Origin: a phage
Sequence record: PZ386958.1
Direction: 5' to 3' (one strand)
DNA length: 64,000 nt
Positions within the stretch are counted from its first letter, which is position 1, and each line of letters starts with the position of its first letter. A program made the translations under genes and the position numbers. A model generated the notes under the pieces. It saw only the letters and a list, made by a program, of their open reading frames with translations, was not told the origin of the DNA and made no database searches. This document shows positions 54,647 through 63,329 of the stretch, piece by piece.

Positions 54647-57013
54647 ATGCGCATGGTAAACGACCACGCAGAAGTGATTAAGAGTTCAACTTCTTTAGAG
54701 ACGTCTCAAGCACAGATTACAATGACACCTGAAATGTTCAGCCTTTTGAGTTCTGGTGTATATACCTTTAAAGAAAGGGCAGTGATTCGTGAACTGTCAT
54801 GTAACGCAGTAGATGCTCAGAAAGAAGCTGGAAAAGAGAATATTCCGTTCCATGTGCATTTACCTACTCGTTTTGAACCTTACTTTGAAGTCCGTGATTT
54901 TGGAACTGGATTGACTCATGATAAAGTTATGAGTTTGTACCTAAACTACGGGGCTTCTACGAAGAATGACTCTAATGACTACATTGGTGCAATGGGTATC
55001 GGCTCAAAATCACCATTTGCAATTGCTCAGTCATTCACAGTGTCTAGCTATGTTGACGGTGTTGTTAATAAGTACTCTGTTTATCTTGAGAATGGTATCC
55101 CTCAAGTAACTAAACTGACCACTAACCCAACAAAAGAACCTAATGGTTTAGCTGTACGTGTAGCAGTTGCTGACCACCGTATCTCAAAGTTCTTTGAAGA
55201 AGCTGGTCATGTATACTCATACTTTGCTGTAAAACCAGAAAGTAATATCGAGTATGATGATGTATTAGCAGATATGAATGTCATTGCCCGTGAAGAAGGT
55301 GTTTATGATGCCATGATTCATAAGCAAAGCTGGCGTTCTAGTGGTAACAGGACAGAGTTTAACGTGGTAATGGGTAACATTGCCTATCCAGTGAATATGG
55401 AAGCATTACTTGGTGATGATTTCTTCAAAGTATTGCCAGAATTTTTCCGTAGGAGCGTAGACCTTGTAAACATATACATGCCTATTGGTTCAGTTGCTAT
55501 CGCAGCTTCTCGTGAAGCATTGCAGATGAATGACACGACAAAAAATGTTATCATCGAGGCTACTAAAAAGATAACTGAAGCAATTACAAAGGATGTTATC
55601 AAGAAAGTTAACAGTCAACCTACACTCATGGATGCTGCACAGGCTTATGCTGAGTTACGTTTGAACTCACGAGAGATGTTTAATGCTGTGTGTCCAAAGC
55701 TAGAGTGGGGAGGCGTTAAGCTTGATTCTCTGGAAGAAGAATTGCTAAACATTCGTCGTGGAATTATCTACGCAGAAGACGGCTCAGTCATCTATGAACG
55801 TGATGGTAAGGGTAATATTAAGGTTGACAGCAAAGGAAACAATATCCCTAAAGTTGACTACCTATACAATCCAGTTGCTTATGTTAAGTTTAACTCTTTA
55901 GAGAGTAAGATTCGTGCAACAGCACTTTCCTACACTCAAGAGGCGAGCATGTTCAATATCTTTGGTGCAATGCGTAAAAGCCAAATTGAACAGTTTTTGT
56001 TCGTGATTAATGACCGTCGCAATAAAAACGGTACTGAGAAGACTGTAGGCCGCAATCAGATTCTGCGTGGTGCATGTCGAGACTACGCCAGTGAGTCCAG
56101 TCTGTTTCACAGATATAATGGTATTGTGTTTGTATTCTCGACTGAAAAAGAGTTAGATGATTTAATCAATCTACACAAACTTGATAAAAGCTTGCTAAAG
56201 ATTGTGAAAATGTCTGATAAGGAACACCATTACCAGCGTAAAGAAGCTGTAAGAGGTGTTGTAAAACTCTGGAAAGCTGTTCCAGCAGAAGGTGTAGCCT
56301 CCTACAAAGAGGTGTCAGAGGACTTAGACACAATTGAAGAACCTCAGCTTTACATTAAGGCAATTGGTGACACAGTTGATGGTGAATGTTTTTGCTCATC
56401 CCCAGAAGATGTAGCTAAGTCAGTTGCTAATGTTATTGGAAAGACAGTCTATGTTTTCCGAAAAGCAAATTGGAAAAAGATACCAGAAGACTGGATTGAA
56501 GTAGATGAGAAGCTCTTGAACGACAGCTTAACTGATGTTCATTGGATTAATCATAACAGGTATATGACACGCATCTACATGAATGGTGTTCTTGACCTTA
56601 CAAGTAGCTGGATTATTGCCAGAAACTTTACATTCAATAATAGGAAGATTTCTCGTGGTTATTGCTATTCACGGGATACAAACAAAACTATCTTCCTAGA
56701 AGGTAATGAAGAGGCTGTAGAGGCAATGTTCGGTAAAATCCAATACGTTGCTGCACCGTTTGCATACACTTACACTGTTAGTAGATTGCAAACTTTGAAA
56801 GAATGCCTTGACAATGATACAAAGCTGTACAAGAAAATTAAGAAAGCTGGTGACCGTATGGTCATTAAGGTGACAAACTATCTTTCAAAAAGAAAACAAG
56901 AAAACTTCTTGCTTTCTCATTTAGATTGGAATAAAGTGTCACCCATCGAAGTGAGTAAGTTCTTAGGTTTTGATGTGAAGTGTGTTCCAGAGGGGACTAC
57001 AATTTACGATTAA
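54647..57013 (+). CDS. rIIA: rIIA-like protein (GHKL/HATPase-type ATPase domain)
   Basis: GHKL boxes IRELSCNAVDA, VRDFGTGL, NDYIGAMGIGSKSPF in the order seen in T4 rIIA; 788 aa; followed by rIIB. Confidence 0.8.
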   Translation: MRMVNDHAEVIKSSTSLETSQAQITMTPEMFSLLSSGVYTFKERAVIRELSCNAVDAQKEAGKENIPFHVHLPTRFEPYFEVRDFGTGLTHDKVMSLYLNYGASTKNDSNDYIGAMGIGSKSPFAIAQSFTVSSYVDGVVNKYSVYLENGIPQVTKLTTNPTKEPNGLAVRVAVADHRISKFFEEAGHVYSYFAVKPESNIEYDDVLADMNVIAREEGVYDAMIHKQSWRSSGNRTEFNVVMGNIAYPVNMEALLGDDFFKVLPEFFRRSVDLVNIYMPIGSVAIAASREALQMNDTTKNVIIEATKKITEAITKDVIKKVNSQPTLMDAAQAYAELRLNSREMFNAVCPKLEWGGVKLDSLEEELLNIRRGIIYAEDGSVIYERDGKGNIKVDSKGNNIPKVDYLYNPVAYVKFNSLESKIRATALSYTQEASMFNIFGAMRKSQIEQFLFVINDRRNKNGTEKTVGRNQILRGACRDYASESSLFHRYNGIVFVFSTEKELDDLINLHKLDKSLLKIVKMSDKEHHYQRKEAVRGVVKLWKAVPAEGVASYKEVSEDLDTIEEPQLYIKAIGDTVDGECFCSSPEDVAKSVANVIGKTVYVFRKANWKKIPEDWIEVDEKLLNDSLTDVHWINHNRYMTRIYMNGVLDLTSSWIIARNFTFNNRKISRGYCYSRDTNKTIFLEGNEEAVEAMFGKIQYVAAPFAYTYTVSRLQTLKECLDNDTKLYKKIKKAGDRMVIKVTNYLSKRKQENFLLSHLDWNKVSPIEVSKFLGFDVKCVPEGTTIYD

Positions 57014-57020
57014 AAATGTT

Positions 57021-57036
57021 TGACAAGGGGCTTCAA
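57021..57036 (+). other. GC stem-loop GGGGCT TCAA AGCCCC overlapping a TTGACAAGG motif
   Basis: 6-bp stem immediately after the rIIA stop; only a short U tract follows, so terminator function is uncertain. Confidence 0.3.
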
Positions 57037-57095
57037 AGCCCCTTAGAATAACCTCACAAAATGATTTATTAACTAACAAAAGAGAGAGTAACAAG

Positions 57096-58205
57096 ATGAC
57101 TACTAAAACTAAAGCACAGATTGACGCAGAAATTTACAAACTGGTTAAAGAAGGCAAGCTGACTAAAACAGCTATTGCACAGAAGTTCAATACTTCAACC
57201 CGTTCAGTTGGTCGTGCTGTAGAGCGTCATGAAGCAACCTTAAAGGGTAAGAAAAAGGCAACTTCTACACCAGCTACGAAGACTTTGAAACAAGTTGCTA
57301 AGACTTTTAAAAAGAAAGCTGGCAAACCAGTTGAAAAGGTTGTTAAAGATGCTGTACAGAAAGCTCCAGTAAATAAACTGCATGAAGCTATGCAGAATGG
57401 CGACCAGATTGAGTACATGATTACTGGTGACTCTGTTATCATGACTTTCGGTGCAGATTCTGAAATTGTTGAATCTACCCATCCGAACTACAAAGAAATC
57501 GTGATGGCTGTTGTATCCGGTGAGTATAAGAAAGCTTTCGAACTGATGAACATTCGTAAGTCTATCGAAAACTTCACTCAGGGTGCTATCACCATCAAAG
57601 GTGACAAGTTATTCTACGGTGCTGTTGAGATGCGTTCTACTCTGGTTGACCGTATTCTTCACATGATGAAGACTGGAGATAAAGGTTTTGAACGCCTTGT
57701 GATGTTCTTCGAAAAACTGATGGAAAACCCATCTAAAGATTCTGTAGAACAACTTTGGGGATTCGTATCTCACCTTGATGTTGAAATTGATGAAGAAGGT
57801 TACATCATTGGTTGGAAGAAAGTCTCTACTCATGAAGGCAAGCTGGTTGACTCCCACACCTACAGAGTACCTAATGATTTGGGTAACATTGTAGAAATGC
57901 CACGTTGGATGGTTGATAATAACCGTAACGTGACTTGCTCTCAGGGTCTTCACGTTGGTGCTTGGGATTATGTTCGTTGCTTCTCAGGTGATACAATCCT
58001 GAAGGTTCGTGTCCATCCACGAGATGTTGTATCTGTTCCAACTGATTACAACGATATGAAGATGCGTTCGTCTCGTTATGAAGTTGCAGCAATCGTTGAT
58101 AATCAACGTAAAGTGCTGAAAGAATGGGATGGCAAGACTGAAGCTTTGCATGTCATCGTTGGCACTGCTGGTGAACTAATCTCCCAACGTAAACGTGAAA
58201 TCTAA
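57096..58205 (+). CDS. rIIB: rIIB-like protein
   Basis: N-terminal pattern AEIYKLVKEGKLTKTAIAQKFNTSTRSVGRAVERHEA resembles the T4 rIIB N-terminus; immediately follows rIIA. Confidence 0.7.
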   Translation: MTTKTKAQIDAEIYKLVKEGKLTKTAIAQKFNTSTRSVGRAVERHEATLKGKKKATSTPATKTLKQVAKTFKKKAGKPVEKVVKDAVQKAPVNKLHEAMQNGDQIEYMITGDSVIMTFGADSEIVESTHPNYKEIVMAVVSGEYKKAFELMNIRKSIENFTQGAITIKGDKLFYGAVEMRSTLVDRILHMMKTGDKGFERLVMFFEKLMENPSKDSVEQLWGFVSHLDVEIDEEGYIIGWKKVSTHEGKLVDSHTYRVPNDLGNIVEMPRWMVDNNRNVTCSQGLHVGAWDYVRCFSGDTILKVRVHPRDVVSVPTDYNDMKMRSSRYEVAAIVDNQRKVLKEWDGKTEALHVIVGTAGELISQRKREI

Positions 58206-58220
58206 TAAGTAATTTCTTAA

Positions 58221-58245
58221 AAGGCTGCTTCGGCGGCCTTTTTTA
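58221..58245 (+). terminator. rho-independent terminator
   Basis: GGCTGC TTCG GCGGCC stem (one G-U) then TTTTTT. Confidence 0.6.
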
Positions 58246-58246
58246 T

Positions 58247-58274
58247 TTGTATTTTGTGCAGAGTGCTGTATAAT
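58247..58274 (+). promoter_or_regulatory. sigma70-like promoter (TTGTAT-16-TATAAT)
   Basis: Perfect TATAAT at 58269-58274 preceded by TG-containing GCTG; TTGTAT 16 nt upstream. Confidence 0.5.
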
Positions 58275-58305
58275 TGTTGTCACGATAAACTAAACAGGAG
58301 AACCA

Positions 58306-58854
58306 ATGAAGAAATTGATTCTAGGTTTGTGCTTAATGTTTACAGCACACTTATCTTATGCAGTTGACTGCCCAGAGCTATCAATTAGTCAAAAAGTAAA
58401 CATGTTAAAAGCTTACCAGTATGGTGAGAATAACATGGGCAAAGGTTGGGGTATCACTCTAGCTGCTATAGCCTTACAAGAGTCAGAGTTAGGTCTGAAG
58501 GTAGAGAATAAAAAGACACATGATTATGGTATTTTCCAGAATCACTTGAAGACTGTTGTAAAGCGTAACAAAATTAGTCCTAATGTGGCTAAAAAGAAAC
58601 TTTTAAAAGACTTTGACTATGCTGCGAAGGAAACCCACAAAGAACTTGAGTTTTGGACAAAGGTGCATGGTCAGCCAAAGTCAAAGAAAACTTTACAAAA
58701 AGTTTTAGCATCATATAATGCTGGGTATTCGTACAGAATCCCTAAAGCTAAGAAATATTCTCAAGATGTTTATAACAACATGAAAGTTATTGCCCAATGT
58801 GAATTTGCAACAAACATTTCTAAGGTAAACCATGAAAAAATTAAGAAAGTCTGA
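58306..58854 (+). CDS. secreted lytic transglycosylase-like protein (SLT domain; endolysin candidate)
   Basis: Signal peptide MKKLILGLCLMFTAHLSYA; SLT-like motifs AIALQESELG, YGIFQ, SYNAGYSY. Confidence 0.5.
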   Translation: MKKLILGLCLMFTAHLSYAVDCPELSISQKVNMLKAYQYGENNMGKGWGITLAAIALQESELGLKVENKKTHDYGIFQNHLKTVVKRNKISPNVAKKKLLKDFDYAAKETHKELEFWTKVHGQPKSKKTLQKVLASYNAGYSYRIPKAKKYSQDVYNNMKVIAQCEFATNISKVNHEKIKKV

Positions 58855-59527
58855 TGAAGTATTGTGCCATGCTTATGACTTGCATCCTCATGAGTTAGGT
58901 CTTGATTCCTGTGTATGGACTCCAGAACAGTGTAGGGATTTTGAAGACACCGCAAGAGAAGTTGTATGCTCACTTGAAGAGTTCCACACATCAGAACCAA
59001 TTGTGAACGTTGTGGACAAAGAGACTGGACAATCCATAGGTGTAAAACGTGACAGTTTAGTCATAGTCAATAAAGACCTTGTAGAAAAAGGGAATCTTAT
59101 CTTAGCAGATATTGATGGTGTTCTTACAAATTTTAATCACGAAGATTGTTCAACAGAATTGACTGATGGTTCATTTTCACAGTACACTAATCTTCTTGAC
59201 TCTGTAAGAGCAAAACCAACGTATGTTTTCAATATCATTGATGCAATTGCTAATCATGCTGCTGTTGGACTCTTGACAGCCAGAGGTGATTCTCAGAGAA
59301 TACCTACTGAGATGTTCTTGAGGCACAATATAGAGCATGATTACATGCTTTTTATGCGTGGTTTTGGAACTAACTCTCTAAGTGCAGAAAGTTTAAAAGT
59401 GAGGATGATTCAGTCTTGCATTCTTCCTTACTTTAATATAGTATGTTTTATAGAAGATACAGAGAAGAATGTTCAGAAGGTAAACAGAATCCTTCCACAC
59501 ATCAAAACCATGTTAGTTAAACATTGA
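58832..59527 (+). CDS. hypothetical protein with HAD-like DxDG motif
   Basis: ILADIDGVLTNFNHED resembles HAD phosphatase motif I; otherwise unassigned. Confidence 0.3.
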   Translation: MKKLRKSDEVLCHAYDLHPHELGLDSCVWTPEQCRDFEDTAREVVCSLEEFHTSEPIVNVVDKETGQSIGVKRDSLVIVNKDLVEKGNLILADIDGVLTNFNHEDCSTELTDGSFSQYTNLLDSVRAKPTYVFNIIDAIANHAAVGLLTARGDSQRIPTEMFLRHNIEHDYMLFMRGFGTNSLSAESLKVRMIQSCILPYFNIVCFIEDTEKNVQKVNRILPHIKTMLVKH

Positions 59528-59537
59528 GAGAAAACTT

Positions 59538-60002
59538 ATGAACAATATCATTACGGTAGCACTGGACGTTACGGAAAACAAATCTGAAGTAGTTCGTAAC
59601 ATTATCAAGAGCAACTTTGAGGGTAAAATCTTCCGCGCTGTCAATGTAAAAGCAGACGGCAATATCCGAGAGTATCGTGCTCTTCTGAATGTTAAGAAAC
59701 ACGTCAAAGGTGCTGGTTCAACGACAGCACACAAAGAAAATTTGATGACAATCTATGATATGGGTATGGCTTCAGAGTTAGGTGCTGAAGGTATCGTTAA
59801 AGAAGGTGCTCCGTATCGCTCTTTCAATCTGGAAACTGCTCTTATGCTTTCCTTTACAAGTGGTTCTAAAACAACTACTTATCTCTTTACTGATGCTGCA
59901 ACGGTATCTGCTATTAAGGATAGCACTGTCAAAGCTGGGGTAGCTGCTGCTGCAAAAGCTTCTTCGATGGCTGCAAATGTCCTTGCTAAAGTCCTCAGTT
60001 AA
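59538..60002 (+). CDS. hypothetical protein
   Basis: 154 aa ORF with Ala-rich C-terminus; terminator follows. Confidence 0.35.
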   Translation: MNNIITVALDVTENKSEVVRNIIKSNFEGKIFRAVNVKADGNIREYRALLNVKKHVKGAGSTTAHKENLMTIYDMGMASELGAEGIVKEGAPYRSFNLETALMLSFTSGSKTTTYLFTDAATVSAIKDSTVKAGVAAAAKASSMAANVLAKVLS

Positions 60003-60013
60003 GGTTAAGATAC

Positions 60014-60036
60014 AGGCTCCTTCGGGAGCCTTTTTA
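60014..60036 (+). terminator. rho-independent terminator
   Basis: AGGCTCC TTCG GGAGCCT then TTTTT; identical to the hairpin at 61768. Confidence 0.65.
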
Positions 60037-60053
60037 AATTTCAAGGAGTATTA

Positions 60054-60938
60054 ATGAAACCAATGTTCAAATATCTTGGTGGTAAAACAAGAATATTAAA
60101 AGAGTATGAGCGTTTAGGTGTCTTTCCAGACAACTGTAAAAACTTCTATGACCTGTTTTCAGGTGGTGGTTCAGTAGCTATCTGGGCTTATAACAGATAC
60201 CCAGAGGCAAAAGTGTTTATTAATGAGATAAATAAACATATTATAGGTCTTTACACAACTTTCAGAGATGACTATGAAAACTTCATGGAAGAATTTGAGT
60301 ACTTGTCAAAGAGGTACTTAGCCTTACCTATGCAGGAAGAGTATGCCGTGAAAGGCCAGCGTCATAACCGTCTACGCTATAAAATGTATTACAGTGTAAG
60401 AGAAGAACTTCTTTTGCTTGGTGAAGAAGGAACATATGACTACAGGTACTATGCCAGACAGTTTTTCCTTCAAAAACTAAGTTTTGGTGGAGTATGGCAG
60501 ACTACTAAAGAGATGAGAGGTCACTATGCAACACCTTGTGGGTATTTACTGGAAGAAGAGATTTTCTTCACAAAAACTAAAAAATCACTATCCGAGTTTT
60601 ACAGTTTTATCACCGATGAAAGGGTAATACTTAGCAGTGAACCTTATGACAGGGTTGACATAAAACATGGAGAAGACACAGTTATTTACTGTGACCCTCC
60701 ATATATCAACACCAACCAGAAATATGGTGTAAAGTTTGACATTGAGATGTCTGTAAAATTATGCGAAGATATGGTTTCTTGGGGGGAGTTAGGCTCTAAA
60801 GTTTTGATGTCAAACTCTCAGTGGGATGGATGGGCAAACCTAATTCCTGAAAATTTTAACTTGACAGAGGTTAGTCATTCATACACAATACATGCACAGA
60901 GAAGCAAAGATATTAGCGAAGTAATTATTCACAACTAA
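60054..60938 (+). CDS. dam: DNA adenine methyltransferase (Dam family)
   Basis: N-terminal KYLGGKTR and FSGGGSV, catalytic DPPY motif (CDPPYINT); 294 aa. Confidence 0.8.
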   Translation: MKPMFKYLGGKTRILKEYERLGVFPDNCKNFYDLFSGGGSVAIWAYNRYPEAKVFINEINKHIIGLYTTFRDDYENFMEEFEYLSKRYLALPMQEEYAVKGQRHNRLRYKMYYSVREELLLLGEEGTYDYRYYARQFFLQKLSFGGVWQTTKEMRGHYATPCGYLLEEEIFFTKTKKSLSEFYSFITDERVILSSEPYDRVDIKHGEDTVIYCDPPYINTNQKYGVKFDIEMSVKLCEDMVSWGELGSKVLMSNSQWDGWANLIPENFNLTEVSHSYTIHAQRSKDISEVIIHN

Positions 60939-60949
60939 GGTATCAAGTT

Positions 60950-61762
60950 ATGGCAAACAGCATCAATGTAGCACTGAATGGCAAGGTTGTTAAAATTCAC
61001 ACTAAGATTATCAGTGTCGAGGATTTTCTTAATGAAAAACGTTACAAAGAAAACCCTCGTCAACGAAATACACTTAAGCGTCTGAAAAGCAAACACCTTA
61101 ATGGTGACGTATCACCAGACCAAACAGTAGTTCATGTGGCTAAGTTCGGTAGTTCACTGTTCATCATTGATGGGCACTCACGTCGAGAGGCATGGAAAGT
61201 TGGTAACCTGACACGACCAGAAAACTTGATTGCAGTTATATACCATGTGAACTCCATATTGGATGTCACAGATTTGTACACTCATTTTGACTCTGAGTTA
61301 GCAAGAGAAAAACCTTCAGAAGTTTATTACGGAAATATGAAGATGATTTCTTTCAACCCAGAGTCAGAACTGATGAAAGCATCTTGGGCAACTGCTATTA
61401 AGTATGTTGCTGCATATTACGGTGTGCAACAAGTCTCTAACACTGAAACAGTTAAATACCTTAATGACTTTAAAAATGAGCTGGAACAAATTGATTCTCT
61501 TGAAGTACAGCTTAAAGGTGTAGTAAACGCAAAACGGAAGTATTCTTCTGGGATTCGTGCAGCAATGTTAATTACACTACGCCTATATGGTGATGCTGCA
61601 TTTTCCTTTTGGGAAGACTATAATGACTACTGTGAAGGTATGTCTAACAAATATGTTACAGAGGCATACCAACTTGCATTACAAGCTGGTCGCGGAGCAC
61701 AGGCTGATAAGTTGTTGATGAATCAAGCGATTTCACTTGTCAACTATTACAGTCAAGAATAA
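60950..61762 (+). CDS. ParB-like nuclease domain protein (putative)
   Basis: FIIDGHSRREAW matches the ParB N-terminal domain core (IDGHHR-like); follows Dam. Confidence 0.5.
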   Translation: MANSINVALNGKVVKIHTKIISVEDFLNEKRYKENPRQRNTLKRLKSKHLNGDVSPDQTVVHVAKFGSSLFIIDGHSRREAWKVGNLTRPENLIAVIYHVNSILDVTDLYTHFDSELAREKPSEVYYGNMKMISFNPESELMKASWATAIKYVAAYYGVQQVSNTETVKYLNDFKNELEQIDSLEVQLKGVVNAKRKYSSGIRAAMLITLRLYGDAAFSFWEDYNDYCEGMSNKYVTEAYQLALQAGRGAQADKLLMNQAISLVNYYSQE

Positions 61763-61767
61763 TACAC

Positions 61768-61790
61768 AGGCTCCTTCGGGAGCCTTTTTC
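61768..61790 (+). terminator. rho-independent terminator
   Basis: AGGCTCC TTCG GGAGCCT then TTTTC. Confidence 0.65.
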
Positions 61791-61808
61791 ATTTCAGGAG
61801 ATTGTTAA

Positions 61809-62156
61809 ATGACATTTAAAGAGTTCTGTCAAGCTACTTTCATAATTGTTTTCTTAGTTGGTGCAGGTGTCTGGGGAGGATACTCTTACAGAGACTATCA
61901 AGTTGCTGAAACTGAGCTAAACAATCAAAAGCTCATAAGTGTTGCTAAAGATGCTTATCAGGAAGGATTAGTTACACTGAGCACCAATTACAAAAATGAT
62001 TTGAAAGATGTGCTTGCTAAGAATAAGCATACAAAAGAGGTACTAACATATGAAAAAACTAAGCCAGAGTTTTATAATGTTTGTGTTACTGATAACTATG
62101 TCAGGGTGTTCAACGAACAAAGTGAGCAGTACATTCAAAAACTCCCAAGTAAGTGA
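61809..62156 (+). CDS. i-spanin-like protein (type II membrane protein)
   Basis: N-terminal TM segment FIIVFLVGAGVWGGY followed by a charged periplasmic portion; 3' end overlaps a lipoprotein gene in another frame. Confidence 0.4.
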   Translation: MTFKEFCQATFIIVFLVGAGVWGGYSYRDYQVAETELNNQKLISVAKDAYQEGLVTLSTNYKNDLKDVLAKNKHTKEVLTYEKTKPEFYNVCVTDNYVRVFNEQSEQYIQKLPSK

Positions 62157-62319
62157 GAGCGATAAGTACACTCAAGAAGAATCACGGTATATCATCAAAG
62201 GCAACACAGGCAGCGATGTAGCAGCAGCCCTTGAGTTCTATCGTGACGGCTTTTACCAGTGCACAATCAAAGCTAATAACCTTATTGATATGATTTTATT
62301 AGGAAACAAACAGCAATGA
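62050..62319 (+). CDS. o-spanin-like outer-membrane lipoprotein
   Basis: Lipoprotein-type signal MKKLSQSFIMFVLLITMSGC with Cys at 20; start embedded in the 3' end of the i-spanin-like gene. Confidence 0.4.
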   Translation: MKKLSQSFIMFVLLITMSGCSTNKVSSTFKNSQVSESDKYTQEESRYIIKGNTGSDVAAALEFYRDGFYQCTIKANNLIDMILLGNKQQ

Positions 62320-62585
62320 CAGAGAATGAAGACACTTTCTATGTAGAAGGGTACTTACTGCTACCACGACCAAAAGAAACTTATATGCGGTTTGATTTCT
62401 CACCAACCATTATGGATAATGTGATGTGTCATATCTTTATGCAAGGTGTCACAGCACAGCTTAAGCATGTTGGTAAAGAGTGCAAAATAAAGGTTGACAC
62501 TCATCCAGAAATCAAAGAGAATCACTACACATGGTTCTTACCAGACTCTAAAGAAATCTTAGCAGTTCTAAAAACGAGGAAGTAA
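62316..62585 (+). CDS. hypothetical protein
   Basis: 89 aa ORF, start overlaps the upstream stop. Confidence 0.3.
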   Translation: MTENEDTFYVEGYLLLPRPKETYMRFDFSPTIMDNVMCHIFMQGVTAQLKHVGKECKIKVDTHPEIKENHYTWFLPDSKEILAVLKTRK

Positions 62586-62587
62586 CT

Positions 62588-62911
62588 ATGCAGATTAATG
62601 GAAGAGACTTTGTAGCCGTTTACTATGAGAACGATAAAGAAGTTGGTGTAGCACAGGTAACCTATGGCAATGGTAAGTGGCTATATGGAACAATCGCAGT
62701 AGTTGGAACAAGAAGTGATACAAAAACTTTTAAAGATTGTGTTGACCTTCTTGAAGAATCCATCCACAATCATTGGTGTCTGATATGGATGACTGATAAC
62801 GAAGTGATAGAACGCTTCAAAAAGATTGGTATCAACATTGATAGCATTGAGCATGTTGATTTGTATGAGCTAACTGAGAAGGTAAGCTATGAAAGCTCTA
62901 GAGGTAATTGA
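62588..62911 (+). CDS. hypothetical protein
   Basis: 107 aa ORF. Confidence 0.3.
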   Translation: MQINGRDFVAVYYENDKEVGVAQVTYGNGKWLYGTIAVVGTRSDTKTFKDCVDLLEESIHNHWCLIWMTDNEVIERFKKIGINIDSIEHVDLYELTEKVSYESSRGN

Positions 62912-63116
62912 CAAAGATACTGGAGAAGTCACGTCAGCATGTGTTTTCGTGAGTCACGACACAGTGATACCATTTTACAGCCTCGACAGTTTTAGTTTTA
63001 CAGGGACAACTCCAGAGGAATACTTTGAAGACCTCACCTTTGCCAGAATCTCTATAGACACATTCTATAAATGCTTCTATGATGAAGGTAAAGAATTACG
63101 AGAAACTGAACTATAA
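62889..63116 (+). CDS. hypothetical protein
   Basis: 75 aa ORF overlapping its neighbour. Confidence 0.3.
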   Translation: MKALEVIDKDTGEVTSACVFVSHDTVIPFYSLDSFSFTGTTPEEYFEDLTFARISIDTFYKCFYDEGKELRETEL

Positions 63117-63128
63117 GGTGTATATTAT

Positions 63129-63329
63129 ATGGCTGACTTCTGCAAAGACTGTTCTATCGAAATGTTCGGACGTGATACAGGTGACTTAAAAGGTCTCATC
63201 ACTGAAGATGACTTTAAAGCTGGTTATGCAATGCCAGTAATCTGTGAAGGTTGCGGGTGTATCTGGGTAGACCACGAAGGACAACGTGTAAAACCTTCAG
63301 AAGATAAAGAATCTTGGGAGAGATGTTAA
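63129..63329 (+). CDS. small zinc-binding protein (hypothetical)
   Basis: 66 aa with CKDC ... CEGCGC cysteine pairs; stop abuts the next ATG. Confidence 0.3.
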   Translation: MADFCKDCSIEMFGRDTGDLKGLITEDDFKAGYAMPVICEGCGCIWVDHEGQRVKPSEDKESWERC

